From Haliotis cracherodii (Eukaryota), in the NCBI RefSeq assembly GCF_022045235.1, contig NW_027266264.1:80600001-80664000 (forward strand): a stretch of DNA of 64,000 bases, given 5' to 3'. Positions 1-12,140 of this stretch are shown here, in pieces; position 1 is the stretch's first letter, and every line of letters begins with the position of its first letter. Under the pieces are notes generated by a model. The model searched no databases and had not been told where the DNA came from. It worked only from the letters and a program-made list of their open reading frames with translations. The translations under genes were made by a program, and so were the position numbers.

Positions 1-350
1 CTACTTCTACTACTTCTACTACTACTACTACTACTACCACTTGTGCCATAGGAAGCCATCGTGATGGTCCGGATTTGACTAGTTTCATTCAAATTGTGTC
101 GGTAATTAAACTGGATCAGGTTGTCAGGCTCGGTGTCTTTGTTGTTTGGGTGTCATTGTACCCCGACGGCGCCGGAAACTGCTCAGACTCTTTTATGTAC
201 GGACTGTTGTCATGTACATTATAGCTGGAATAGTGTTTAAACGAAAACGAAAAACTAAATAAATATGAAGCGTGAAGTATTCCCCCAACATGCCAGAGAT
301 GTTAAATGTTTTTTCAATGAAGTGATGCGCTCCAACACACAGTCTAAATA

Positions 351-525
351 CAGTAAACAACGGTTAAAACGAATACGCTTAAAAGGAACTGACTGATATA
401 ATGAACTTAGTTTTTAGTCCCGGCAATTTGTTGTATATATGCTGTATAAATGCTTATAACAAACTACGGTTATAACGAACTAAAATAAGTGGTCCCTTTG
501 AGTTCGTTATAACCGTAGTTTACTG
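351..525. mobile_element. Tc1/mariner/pogo-type MITE, 175 bp
   Basis: TIRs cagtaaac(a/t)acggtta(a/t)aacgaa with TA on both sides; second copy at 42058-42232. Confidence 0.8.
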
Positions 526-551
526 TACTGCATTTTGTGTGTTTTTTCAAG

Positions 552-736
552 GGTGTGCCTTCACGGGTGCTCTACCGGAGGACTGCAGCCAATTCATCAC
601 GTGTGCCAACGGTTTGGAATGGCGGTACCAATGCGGCAAGGGAACCTACTACAGCAACAGGCTGCTCGTGTGCGTTAGCCCCTTAGAGTACCCGGAAATC
701 CCAACAACACAGGGATGTGCCTACTTTCCATTATAA
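552..736 (+). CDS. Terminal exon of a chitin-binding type-2 (CBM14/peritrophin-A) protein, cluster gene 1; upstream exons are outside the window
   Basis: Acceptor ttttttcaag at 551, phase 1. Reads CAFTGALPEDCSQFITCANGLEWRYQCGKGTYYSNRLLVCVSPLEYPEIPTTQGCAYFPL*, with 6-Cys spacing C-x9-C-x5-C-x9-C-x12-C-x14-C. Clearly paralogous to the last exons at 22581 and 35095. Confidence 0.85.
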
Positions 737-1155
737 CTTCAGTAACTGCGTCTACATCAGATACACCTTCAGCGCTTGCAACAATCTCGCCCTGACTAGC
801 TGATCGCTATCTCACGGGAAAGAAGTCATTCAGAAAAGTTAAGATATATTTTTTAAAAACCGCATTGTAGTAATATGTTTCACAAACATGAAAACAACCC
901 AAGAGAACGAATAACAATTTAAATCAATATTCCTCTGTTGTTTTATTGCTTTGATATTAATTGTAACACTGCTATTGAAAAAAGTTGAATTACTTTGCAC
1001 CTCGTAATTTTGGTATTATTTTTGTTTGTTTTACTTCCAATGACTGTGTGAGGCGGCAACGTGGACTACCTGGACAAGTGGTCTGTTGCAAAGTGTTCCT
1101 TATCATAACAAAGACATAGTAGTGTTTTTTGATTTGATCCGTCCGATCGTACATT

Positions 1156-1378
1156 GTTTGTTTGTTTAACGCCGCACTCAAAATATTTCAGCTGTATGAT
1201 GGCGGTCTGTAAATAATCGAGTCTGGACCAGACAATCCAATGATTGACATCATAAGCATCGATCTGAGCAAATTGGGATACGATTTTATGCATCAACCAA
1301 GTCAGCGAGCCTGGCCACCCGATCCCGTTAGTTGCATCTACGACATGCATGGGTTGCTGAAGCCCTATTCTAACCCGC
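1156..1378 (-). mobile_element. Short retroposon family C (no tRNA head)
   Basis: Reverse complement of the ~260 bp repeat at 6693-6950, with (CAAA)n tail. Confidence 0.8.
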
Positions 1379-1922
1379 GTCCATCGTGCATTGTATTCAA
1401 CCTTCTTATTAAGAAACAGCTAAAGCTTCAGACAACGTCACTAATTTCACGTCAAGGATATATTAAATGTGCGATTCGGTAAATAAAAGAAAAAAGTGGT
1501 TCATATCACACTAAAAATCTGTTCTAAAAGTCGCAATTCTTTTCCACATTCGAAAACAAAAAGGTAGTTACTGTTACATAACCTCTTTGTTAATAATACA
1601 TGATAGCATTGCCAATTAATAAAGCAGTCTACCCTAAAACTGAAGAAAACTTTATTCTGTTTGGTCAAAATATCAATAAAGTCTGGTATCTAATTCCATT
1701 AGATACCTCAACATATTGGCATGCCTTTTCACACACAAATTTGGAAGTGACTACATCGATCTATCGATACCATCTCAATACTTATAACTACGGTTGCCGA
1801 TAACTGATTGGAACTGAATACGTTCGCCCTTCAGTGTTTCCGCCCCTCCGTCCTTCGGCCGTCTGTCGGTCACGTCTCGTTTCCAGAGCAGAGAGATATC
1901 TTAACCAAACTTGGTATACATA

Positions 1923-2542
1923 TACTCTTCCCAAAAAAAGAAACGCAATACGGATATTGTTGGCCATAAAAGCAAAATTAGCGGACCAAGAACGCAAAAT
2001 GAGGAGGTTTATGTGTTATAGTGTCAGTGAACAAATTTCCCGGATCCAAATGATCACAACAAGGACATGCAAACCATTGGTCGGGAAGCACGTACTAAGG
2101 TCGTCTAAGGCGCCGCAATTCACTCTGCATGGTTGCGTCCCCTAGGCACGCCAGAAACCTATGATTGTGGGTTCGAATCCCGGTTCGCCCCGATTATGTT
2201 TCTAGGTTTGTCAGCACCATACCTGTGCTCGTGGGTTTCACCGAAGTGGTAAACGTCTCAGATCTGCATCACTTCGGGCTTTCCTCACACATTATGCTGA
2301 CACGCCGCGATATAACTGGAATACTGTTAAAAGCGGCGTTAAACCAAACTCACTCACTCACTCTCCCCTTGTCCCCCAGATCCCCGGATTTGAACCCGAT
2401 AAAACACCTATGGGTAGAATTGGATAGACGGCTTACGCCGACGTCAACCACAACCCGTTACGCCGCATTGTTTCAATACCTCGTATAATGTATTGTCCTA
2501 CCTCATACAAATCTGGGTGTGCGTTTCTTTTTTTGAAGGGTA
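1923..2542 (+). mobile_element. Internally deleted Tc1-like DNA transposon with a nested SINE
   Basis: TIRs tactcttcccaaaaaaagaaacgca and tgcgtttctttttttgaagggta, flanked by TA. Transposase remnant SPRSPDLNPIKHLWVELDRRL (~2370-2435) matches the Tc1 SPDLNPIE motif. Confidence 0.75.
2083..2362 (+). mobile_element. tRNA-derived SINE family A
   Basis: B-box ggttcgaatccc, shared body and (CACT)n tail; near-identical copies at 5842, 40342 and 52277. Confidence 0.8.
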
Positions 2543-3075
2543 TAGAAAGGTGAGCTGGTGTCTTTGGATAGTTTCAGATTTAAAAAAAAATCTGAGTAGT
2601 TTCCGACGCCGTCGGGGTACGATGACACACAAACAACAAATACGCCGAGCCTGACAACCCGATCCAGTTTAATCGCCGGCATAGGTTGATTGGACCAGTG
2701 ATTGACGTCACGAGCAACGATTTACGCAATTGGGATACGATGACATGACACCAAGCCACCAAGCCACCGAGCCTGACCGCCCGATCTCGTTAGTCGCCTT
2801 TTACGACAATCGTGGGTTGCTGAGGATCAAGTCTCACCCGGATTTCAAATTGCAAGTGGTTCGGTGGCATTTCATTTGGCTAATCAAGCAAAGTCTTTTT
2901 TGCGTTTGTATGACCATAAACCGAAATAACCACAGGCCACGCCCACTAACAGACTACTGTTTTTTGATTGATTGATAATAGAATGGGCGGGGCTTGTGTT
3001 GCGTCATTGCCCTGAACGATATCGCTGATGTACTGTTGTCTACATTGTTGTTATTGTTGACCTAGTCATTAGAAA

Positions 3076-3237
3076 GTGAGTGAGTTTTATTTTAGGCCGC
3101 TTTTAGCAATATTCCACCAATATCACGGCGGTGGACACCAGAAATGGGCTTCATACATTGTACCCATGTCGGGAATCGAACCCAGGTCTTCGGCGTGACG
3201 AGCGAACGCTTTAACCACTAGGCTACCCGACCGCCCT
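3076..3237 (-). mobile_element. tRNA-derived SINE family B
   Basis: Reverse complement reads gggcggtcgggtagcctagtggttaaagcgttcgctcgtcacgccgaagac..ggttcgattccc (A and B boxes) and ends in a (CACT)n tail. Confidence 0.8.
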
Positions 3238-3321
3238 AATACAACTAGAGGGATGGTGGGGTAGACTAATACGCTATCAGTCGGAAAGCGCACGTTAAAT
3301 CTCCAATGTGATGATGATGCT

Positions 3322-3470
3322 GGTAGCCTAGTGGTTAAAACGTTAGCTCGTGACGCCGAAGATCAGGGTTCTTTCCCAACATGGGTACAATGTGTGAAGC
3401 CCATTTCTGGTGTCCCCCGCCGCGATGTTGCTGGAATATTGCTAAAAGCGGCGTAAGACACTACTCACTC
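3322..3470 (+). mobile_element. SINE family B
   Basis: Same body as the copy at 9817-9982. Confidence 0.75.
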
Positions 3471-4503
3471 CCTTATACAACTCGAAGTTGTTGACCGAGG
3501 TGCTATAGGAATATATAATATTACTCTCACTCACAGTTAACCTGTCCATGCGCACATGTTGGCCAAAAGTACTTCTACAAGAATATTACCGAAACACAGC
3601 GTGGAATTGAATAATATACCGAGATACAAAACACGATCACAGAAGGTAGTGTTGCCTGATTAAAATGTGTCCCAGGGTACAGAAAACCTACTTCACAACC
3701 CTGGACCAATTTCGACATATAAAAGCGGAATTAGCTGGTCCGATCACAAGTGTGTCGTGTCAAACATCGAAGACCCACGATGTGCCCAGATGAATGTGAG
3801 TTTGTTGCTGTGGCCGCGTGGAGCACTAGAAGTACAAAATTCCACTGTCTCTTTCACGCTCTTCATTATCGCCATCCAACGCTGATGCCAAATGTCGTGA
3901 CCCCGTCTCCTTCAGCCGGACAGAAGTGGATAATTAGCAGTTTACTTGGGGGGCGTTGGAAGATGAGCGAATATGGTGGCATGAAAAGTGTGTTTGCGCG
4001 CATGTCCGTTGGCAGTTTCCATATTGAAATATGAACTCTTGGCCCAATTTTCGACCTCCTATTAAATACAGGAACAACGGCAAACTTTATTTTGAATCCT
4101 TTCTTAGTAACTCCTGTAAAAAACAACCTTCCCGTGATTGTCTAGTTTTGAACTAATTTTAGTATTTCCTCAGTCAAAGTAACTGGGTCTTTAGTCTATT
4201 AGTCTAATTTTATAATTATTCATTTTAGGGATAAGCCCTCTGTGTTTATTTCCCGTTATTTAACCCAACCGATGTTATTCACTCATTGAGTTTATTAATT
4301 GGTCGCAGCCAACACAATCGGCTGTCTATGCATCTTGTCGGTATCTTGTCACGGTGTTGTTTTAGCTCCTCTCATGTTATAAGTGTTGCTTAGCTAAGCC
4401 GATTGTGTATTTAATTAATTAATCAAAAATCTTTGTCAGCGCAGATTGGGTTTATTTGAGACTATCTATTGTCATGTATTGATACAATTGTTAGTAATAA
4501 AAC

Positions 4504-4890
4504 GGGGGGCACGGGGGGCACGGGGGGCCCAGTCGTCTAAGGCGCCGCGATTCGCTGTGCAGAGTTGCGTCTCTTGGGCACGCCTGAAACCTATGATTGT
4601 GGGTTCGAATCCCGGTTCGCCCCGATAATGTTTCTAGGTTTGTCAGCACAATACCCCTGCTCGTACTGTACAGCGGACTGTAAATAATCGAGTCTGGACC
4701 AGACAATCCAGTGGTTGGCATCATGCGTATCGATCACCCAATTATGATACGATGACATTCGTCAACCATGACAGCGAGCCTGACCACCCGATCCCGTTAG
4801 TCGCTTTCCTCCCACATTAATCTGACACTCCGCGATATAACTGGAATACTGTTCAAAGCGGCGTTAAACCAAACTCACTCACTCACTCAC
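4504..4890 (+). mobile_element. Chimeric SINE: family A head, inverted family C segment (4665-4804), family A tail
   Basis: Direct comparison with the other family A and C copies in the window. Confidence 0.75.
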
Positions 4891-5473
4891 TAGTAATAAA
4901 ACGGTGAACCTATCACCACGTTTTCATTATTACCTTATTCTTATTCAATGATTCTCTTGATCATTGGAGCACATTACATTACATTACAGGAATCAATATC
5001 ACATCTATGTAAAGCCACGCCCAAATACTGTAGTTACGACGGGACATAATGAACGATGCCCAGTAAGGATGAACCACGCCTGTGATATGTCTGTGTTAAG
5101 TAAGGGAGTCACGACAGTGCAACGACGAACTTGTGGAATGTGCCGCTGCAGGTGCCGTCTTCTGTGTACACGTCACTGTGGCAACCGAAGTATATGACCC
5201 TTGTTGCCTTATACATTCATTAGATAAGTGACTATTTCTCTTACATATGGTTTGTGCAGGCAACCAATTCTGGAAATAATTTCAGTCAGGACTAGACTCA
5301 ATCCCAAACGTCCTACCATACGAGATGACGAAGAACTAAAGTGTGTTTGTGATATAGATGTATGATAGGCATATGCTGCCTAGGTTACTATTGCCTCACC
5401 ACGCACTGACGGGCTGAAGGGGGTAGCTCTGGTTCACATTATTCGTGTTTTCAGTCAACGACTTGTGTGATGG

Positions 5474-5652
5474 TAGAGACTTTTTATGTCAACTTCTTTA
5501 TTATGAGGAACACAACGTTTCGGAGTAACAACTTATTACTTCATTCACCCGATGAAGGAGTAAGTGGTTTTATTATATAGTTTCCTCATAGTAAAGAAGT
5601 TGACATAAAAACAGTTTTCTACCTTATGTGTGTCACTTCTTACTGCCTCAAA
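5474..5652. mobile_element. Penelope-like element remnant (inverted arms, decayed hammerhead core)
   Basis: Inverted arms at 5482-5510 and 5582-5610. Core fragments ccgatgaaggagtaag (+) and tactccgaaacgttg (-). Flanked by the 14-bp direct repeat gacttgtgtgatgg (5460-5473 and 5653-5666). Confidence 0.6.
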
Positions 5653-5841
5653 GACTTGTGTGATGGAGTTATGAAGTGAATGCAATGGTCTCCTGCATGT
5701 TCCAGAACTCCAACTAAGGTAAACTATTGATTCTGATTACCATTGGGTTCCAACTGGATGCGTCAAATTTGGAATGTCTTCCATTCCTCTGCCACGAACC
5801 TTTTTGACAGCTTTACCAAGGCTTGAACCAAGCAATTTCTG

Positions 5842-6100
5842 GGGGCACGGGTGGCCCGGTCGTCTAAGGCGCCGCGATTCGTTGTGCAGAGTTGCGTCCC
5901 TTAGACACGCCAGAAACCTATTATAGTGGGTTCGAATCCCGGTTCACCCCGATTATGTTCTAGGTTTGTCAGCACCATACCCGTGCTCGTGGGTTTCACC
6001 GAAGTGGCAAACGTCTGAGACCTGCATCACTTCGGGCTTTCCCCCCACATTAAGCTGACACGCCGTGATATGACTGGAATTCTCAATTCTGGAATTGACT
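5842..6100 (+). mobile_element. SINE family A
   Basis: tRNA-like head; flanked by the imperfect direct repeat caa(g/a)caatttctg. Confidence 0.8.
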
Positions 6101-6692
6101 CAAACAATTTCTGAGCAAGGGTCTTATTAGACTCTTTGAAATCTTGGTGGGAAGAGCATGCTCGACTGTACCTCAAACGTTTTGAAATGTAGACACCAAA
6201 GGCTTGAGCTGCTGGAATATTTCTCGACCTAAACTATATCTATGGCTCAAACGTCTGGGGACAAGTACCCTATGGATCAAGGAATACAGTTTGTCATGTG
6301 GCAAAGCGGTGTTTTCAAATGTTTTGACAGAATTAAACTTTTCTGAACAAAATGTCAATCATTCGTGGTGTGAGAATCCAAATGACATTAATTCCACTAC
6401 CCAGATACCTTCTGTGAGTATTAACCTTGTCCTTCCTTGATTGTATTAAGGATTATGGTTAATCTTCGAAACATGGCTTCCAGCAGTTGACCCTAACTCG
6501 ATCCCTACAGTAGCAGACTTCAGATGTAGTACTGCTCTTCTCCACTTAGAAACCTGGTAATTAACAACGGTGAAGCCGAAGAACTGCAGACAATGTGCCT
6601 CTTTAGTTTATGTACTCGTTTTGAGATAATTTTACTTATACGGGTAATACTTGTGAAAAAAACGTGTCTGACAGTCTTTACAACAGTGGATA

Positions 6693-6950
6693 CGTGAAGA
6701 TCCAGGGTAGAATTGGCCTTCAGCAACCCATGCTTGCCGTCAAAGGCGACTATGCTTGCCGTAAGTTGCGACTAACGGGATCAGGTGGTTTAGGCTCGCT
6801 GACTTGGTTTAAGCATATCATCGTATCCCAATTGCTTGGATCGATGCTTATGATGTTAATCATTGGATTGTCTGGTCCAGACACGATTATTTACAGATCG
6901 CCGTCATATAGCTGGAATATTGCTGAGTGTGGCGTTAAACAACAAACAAA
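6693..6950 (+). mobile_element. Short retroposon family C, near full length
   Basis: cgtgaagatcc...gcgactaacggga...ctggaatattgctgagtgtggcgttaaacaacaaacaaac; at least 8 copies in the window. Confidence 0.8.
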
Positions 6951-7510
6951 CTTTACAACACTGATGAAACACGCAGTACTCCCCCTGTGAGGTGCTCGCC
7001 ATGCGTGTGTAATCAGCTGGTGATCACCGCACGCGGCCCCGGATGCATCAGTACCTTGTTTACACAGGTTGGGGAAGCTGATTTGATGAGTTTGAGATCA
7101 CCCAATAAAATGGCCGTTCAACAAGCAGACGTAAGAATAGATCAGCCAATGAAATGGCTGTTAAAATGCTGACGTAAGTAGAGATCAACCAATGAAATGC
7201 CGTTAACACGCTGACGTGAGAAACATGACGAACTGACTAGGGGATCATGATGACAATATACGTAGTCACGTGACTAACAGGCAGCAGTATTTAAACATGA
7301 CGAATATAGACGGTGATGCCTTGTTAACACAACCCTGTGAAGTCAATCCAATGTTTAAAATATCCGTTATTTTTCAGGAATGGAATTTAGGGATGTCAAT
7401 CAGTTGTCTTTTATAACTGAGTGAGATGTTTTACAGTTATTCTTGTGATCAGCGATAAAACTACAAATGTTTCTTAAGCGTCTGAAAACCTATAACACAT
7501 GGATATATAA

Positions 7511-7722
7511 CGCCGGTCTGTATATAATCGAGTCTGGACCAGACAATCCAGTGATTAAATTCATGAGCATCGGTCTACGCATTTGGGATACGATTATATG
7601 CATCAACAAAGTCAGCTAGCCTGACCACCCGATCCCGTTACACGCCTCTCACGACAAGCATAGTCGCTTTTTACGACAAGCATGGGTTGCTGAAGACCAA
7701 GTCTATCCCCGATTTTCAAGGA
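7511..7722 (-). mobile_element. Short retroposon family C
   Basis: Reverse complement match to 6693-6950. Confidence 0.75.
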
Positions 7723-8458
7723 TGTTTTCGTGTATTGTCATTTTAGTGAATGCTACGCCAGAACTAAACGAAGCTGAAGGCCTTCCTTACGTTCAGATAG
7801 TTTTGAGGGCGCCTGGCGTCAGTCGACGCTACGGTGAGAACAGATACAACGTCCACTGCAACATCGGCCTTGTGATACCCAGATCCAGCATGTGCGACTA
7901 CCCCGACGATACAGGACGATAGAAAGTCTGCTGTGGGATTCCTGTCAGGCCGAGCTTTAATGGACAAAAACTCATTTTCGTTAAAAACACCGACTTGAAA
8001 ATATTTCGACCACATTCGAGATCGTCTTTAATGACAAGTACGAGAAGTTGTGATAAACAAAGGATATAAAATATTTGGGTTAATGTTTCTCTACTGCTAA
8101 ACATTATTGTTGAAGACAAACTTGAACTCTAGGTATGGGACGGCGTTATGTCCGGATTCACGCGGATATTCGTACAGACACTGTCGTGCGGTTATCCTTT
8201 TACCATGAATTCGGAAAGAAAATCGTTCCTGATTGTTCAATGAGAAATGACAAATCTCAATAACCACCCATGATTGAAACCACTGATGTGACGGCATCAC
8301 CGCGAAAGTTTATATTTATAGAAAAGTACTTCTTAGACAATCGCTAAGGTTAGTCATTTCACAATAATGTAGTGTTCAATTGTAGGACACAAAATGAAGA
8401 GTTGCAGTTACGAACAATGTGCGTGGCAATATTGATTAATGTTCCCGAGGTGAGTGAG

Positions 8459-8954
8459 TTAACTGACTATAAAAGCCCAGTTTCCACGCTTGCCGAACTA
8501 TGCTGGAATTTCGTAATTGTATTTTGGCTGGACGAACGAGTCTCTGGATAGTCCAGTCAAGTCTCGAATCGAAATCGACATCCGGGTCGTAAACAGCACG
8601 GCGACGGCCGTGCAGATTTCTGTCGATTGCAAGATTTGCAAAGCATGTGTACCGTCAAATGGTCGTCGACAGATATTTTTCAAATATTTTCATGTTTGAA
8701 ATGGGGGTGTTGAAGTCATTTGATGCACTTCTCGAGGTAAACCCGTTTTATTACAACATAGATCTTGATTATCGATCAGATCGTCTTGACTGGTCGTCGC
8801 CATTTTGTTTCAAGCGAATGCAAGTGACATGAGAGGTGGAATCGGTCGGGTCAGAATGAGAGACTCGTAATAGCCACCGGTGGAACTACGGTCGAGCCAC
8901 GAAATTCAAGCCTAGTTCGGCATGGTTGGAAACTGGACTTATATAATCGGTTAA
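8459..8954. mobile_element. Non-autonomous DNA transposon (~500 bp) with ~55-bp imperfect terminal inverted repeats
   Basis: Left ttaactgactataaaagcccagtttccacgcttgccgaactatgctggaatttcgt versus right-end reverse complement ttaaccgattatataagtccagtttccaaccatgccgaactaggcttgaatttcgt. Superfamily not determined. Confidence 0.6.
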
Positions 8955-9816
8955 ATCCCTGCCTCTGAAAGATGTATATATTAGACAGAAAACACGGTAG
9001 AAATCGACAGGGTATTTCAAATATCAGGGACAGAAAGCATGGAATTTCAGACTGAACGATGTGTCTTCATAATAATCTTGTGTAGTAGTTAAGAACTTGC
9101 AAGACGTCCTTAATTTGCGATGTTAATGTTGAGTAGAAGGGCTTTGACCGACGACTAAAAAGAAGTCGACATCAGCCAATTAGAAAGCAGCTATCTCGAG
9201 CTTTACGGCACTCATTTCAACCTGGCGACTTCAATTTCAGACTACGCCTGAATAATATGTTGACACAGTTCTCGATTAAAATTTAGAAAACTGATCAAAC
9301 GAATATTTCGGAATGTCTAATATATGGTTGAGATTGTATGGCAGTGCTTTCCACGTACTGTGCAACGCCTCCTCCGTTCAAATGTTTATCTCACAGAAGC
9401 GAGAGATAGACTTATTTTGACGGAATCAGTCGTACGAGCCGTGTTAATACCCCGTGTTAACGTTTTCGAGGTTGCATGATCAGAAAACACATTCCGACTG
9501 TCACTTTCACGATCTGGTAAGCAACGCTCTGATTGTTCGGATGAAAGGTCGATCTGACGTGACCCGGCATGGGATGTCCTCAGATCTTTGTTTAGCGATA
9601 GCGATAACTAAGATCCGATTGCATATTTGACGGGCCCACTCGGTTAAGCACCATTCCATCGACGTAGCAGTACAGTACAAATACTTTATATCCATCTCCT
9701 AAATACCCTATTGTTGTCTTGAAATCCTGGACACATGTTGTATTCTAATGTTTACAATAATCCATGTAAATGTTACAGGGAACATGTACATATTATCTTT
9801 TCTTCTTACCAGAACC

Positions 9817-9982
9817 GGGCGGTAGAGTAGCCTAGTAGTTAAAGCGTTCGCTCGTCACGCTGAAGGCCCGGGTTCGATTCCCCACATGGGTACAGTGCGT
9901 GAAGCGATTTTCTGGTGTCCCCCGCCGTGATATTGCTGGACTATCGAGAAAAGTGTAAAAGCATACTCATTCACTCACTCAC
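9817..9982 (+). mobile_element. SINE family B
   Basis: A box tagcctagtagtt, B box ggttcgattccc, (CACT)n tail. Confidence 0.8.
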
Positions 9983-11052
9983 TTTTACTAAACCAAGTTT
10001 TGAACACCGATCAGGTGACACCATGTCACCACGGTGACAATGTAAAAGTAATTTTAGGAAATACGAATAATACCTGAAAAATATGAATCTTCTGCTTGAA
10101 TCAGACATTCCTTGATAGTTCAAAGGATTATAAATATTTCTTGATAAACATTTTCTTTGTAACATGTTTACTGATTTATTTTTTCTCAATTTGGTTTATT
10201 ACGCTATTAAACATTTTCATGCAATGAATCAACATGTATATAAGATCACAACGTTGATCATAAAACGAAACCAAAGATAGTTTCTGATTAACACCACCAA
10301 CACTGGATACTCTTCTGAAAGAATCACTTTCAAAAATAATTTTACTGCTGTGTTCCATATTAGCACGACACACAGCATAATAGAAACACACTTTGTCGAA
10401 TAACAGCCAATATTAAATGGCACTAAGTCTGGATTACGTGTATTTATCGTGATAACACGGCTGTACTTCGAGATATCCACACTCTTCAGTGGTACGTATC
10501 TCGAAACAACAGAATAACAACCTGACTCCGCAATGTGAACCTTAAATATATGATACACGGTGCAGTGTCTCACACCTCTTCAGTCATCAGAAGCGGGTAG
10601 TTTCTCAACAAACTCACAGAGCGTCGCCATGTTTGTCTAACGCTTCGTCTGAAGACGTTCTCTATTTACCCTTCTCACCTTGTCCCCTTGGCACGACAAC
10701 ACAAACAACTACAACCCCCACCTCATCGTTACCCCGAACAGTGGGCGGTCTGTTTGCTATGGGAGGGAGACCCGACACATTAACACCAGGGGCTGTCAAG
10801 TCGAAGGGGACGTGCGGAGGTCGGTGCTAGGATCCACAGGTAAACAGTAGAACGCCCGCACATGTCCTCAACAGGTATATCTCGGTGTAAGGTGTACAAG
10901 ATGTTAAACAACACACATACTTCAATGCTGCAGAGGAAGATGTATTGATTCCTACTTTAATTACTTTGGGTTTGAAGCAGTAACAAGACATCGGGCTTTA
11001 CCTCGTCTCGAAATAGCATTTTTAAACGATATAAGTTTCCTCTTGACATCAC

Positions 11053-12140
11053 GACGTATCTGAACTCGTTCTTGACGTATCTGCTCTCCTTCTTCGCGCA
11101 TCCGTACTCGTTCTTGACGTATCTGCTCTCCTTCTTCGCGTATCTGTACTCGTTCTTGACGTATCTGCTCTCCCTCTTCGCGTATCTGTACTCGTCCTTG
11201 ACGTATCTGCTCTCCTTCTTCGCGTATCTGTACTCGTTCTTGACGTATCTGCTCTCCTTCTTCTCGTATCCGTACTCGTTCTTGACGTATCTGCTCTCCT
11301 TCGCGTATCTGTACTCGTTCTTGACGTATCTTCTCTCCTTCTTCTCGTATCCGTACTCGTTCTTGACGTATCTGCTCTCCTCCTTCGCGTATCCGTACTC
11401 GTTCTTGACGTATCTGCTTTCCTTCTTGGCGTATCCGTACTCTCTTGACGTGTCTGTTCTAGTTCTTGGCGTATCTGCTCTCCTTGGTGTAGCCGTCCGC
11501 CATCTTGACGTATCTGCTCTCCTTCTTGGCGTATCCGTACTAGTTCTTGACGTATCTGCTCTCCTTCTTGAAGTATCTACGCTCGTTCTTGACGTATCTG
11601 TTCTCCTTCTTGAAGTATCTGCTCTCCTTCTTGACGTATCTGCTCCCCTTCTTGACGTATCTGCTCTCCTTGAAGTACCTGCTCTCCATCTTGAAGTATC
11701 TGAACCCGTTCTTGGCGTATCTACGCTCATTCCTGACGTATCTGCTCTCCTTCTTGAAGTATCCGTACTCGTTCTTGACGTATCTGCCTCCTTCTTGTCG
11801 CATCCGTACTCGTTCTTGATCTATCTGCTCTCTTTCTGGGCGTATATGTACTCTCTTTACGTATCTGCTCTCCTTGAAGTATCCGTACTCGTTCTTGACG
11901 TAAATGCCCTCCTTTTTGGCGTATCCGTACTCGTTCTTGACGTATCTGGTCTCCTTCTTGAAGTATCTGAACTTGTTTTTTTGCGTATCTACGCTTGTTC
12001 GTGACGTATCTGCTCTCCTTCTTGAAGTATCCGTACTCGTTCTTGGCGTATCTGCTCTCCTTCTTGTCGTATCTGCACTCATTTTTGACGTACCTGCACA
12101 AGTTCTTGGCGTATCTGTTCTCGTTCTTGACGTATCTGTG
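11053..12140. repeat. Minisatellite, 21-bp unit, often a 42-bp dimer (gtatctgctctccttcttcgc / gtatccgtactcgttcttgac)
   Basis: Visible periodicity; produces long stop-free ORFs on both strands that switch frame within the array. Confidence 0.9.

Larger units (their letters stand above)
3780..7922 (+). pseudogene. Possible decayed CBM14 paralog: micro-exon 3780-3795 and exon 7747-7922
   Basis: TATAAAA at 3718-3724, then ATG TGC CCA GAT GAA T|gtgagt (phase 1). Acceptor ttttag at 7746 is in compatible phase and reads ...YGENRYNVHCNIGLVIPRSSMCDYPDDTGR*, resembling only the C4-C5 part of a CBM14. No signal peptide. Confidence 0.3.

Noticed and set aside
1-40. (CTA)n tract as a Thr-rich mucin linker of gene 1
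   Set aside because: It is truncated by the window edge with no convincing donor after it, and cannot be told apart from an intronic microsatellite.
351-525. Same MITE in the last intron of genes 1 and 4 as evidence of gene duplication
   Set aside because: The flanks are unrelated and the proteins are far more diverged than the MITE copies, so these are independent insertions.
9817-9890. tRNA-like sequences here and at ~2100, 5842, 40342, 45960-46030 and 50490-50561
   Set aside because: They are SINE heads that continue into shared bodies and simple-repeat tails, with no intact cloverleaf or terminator.
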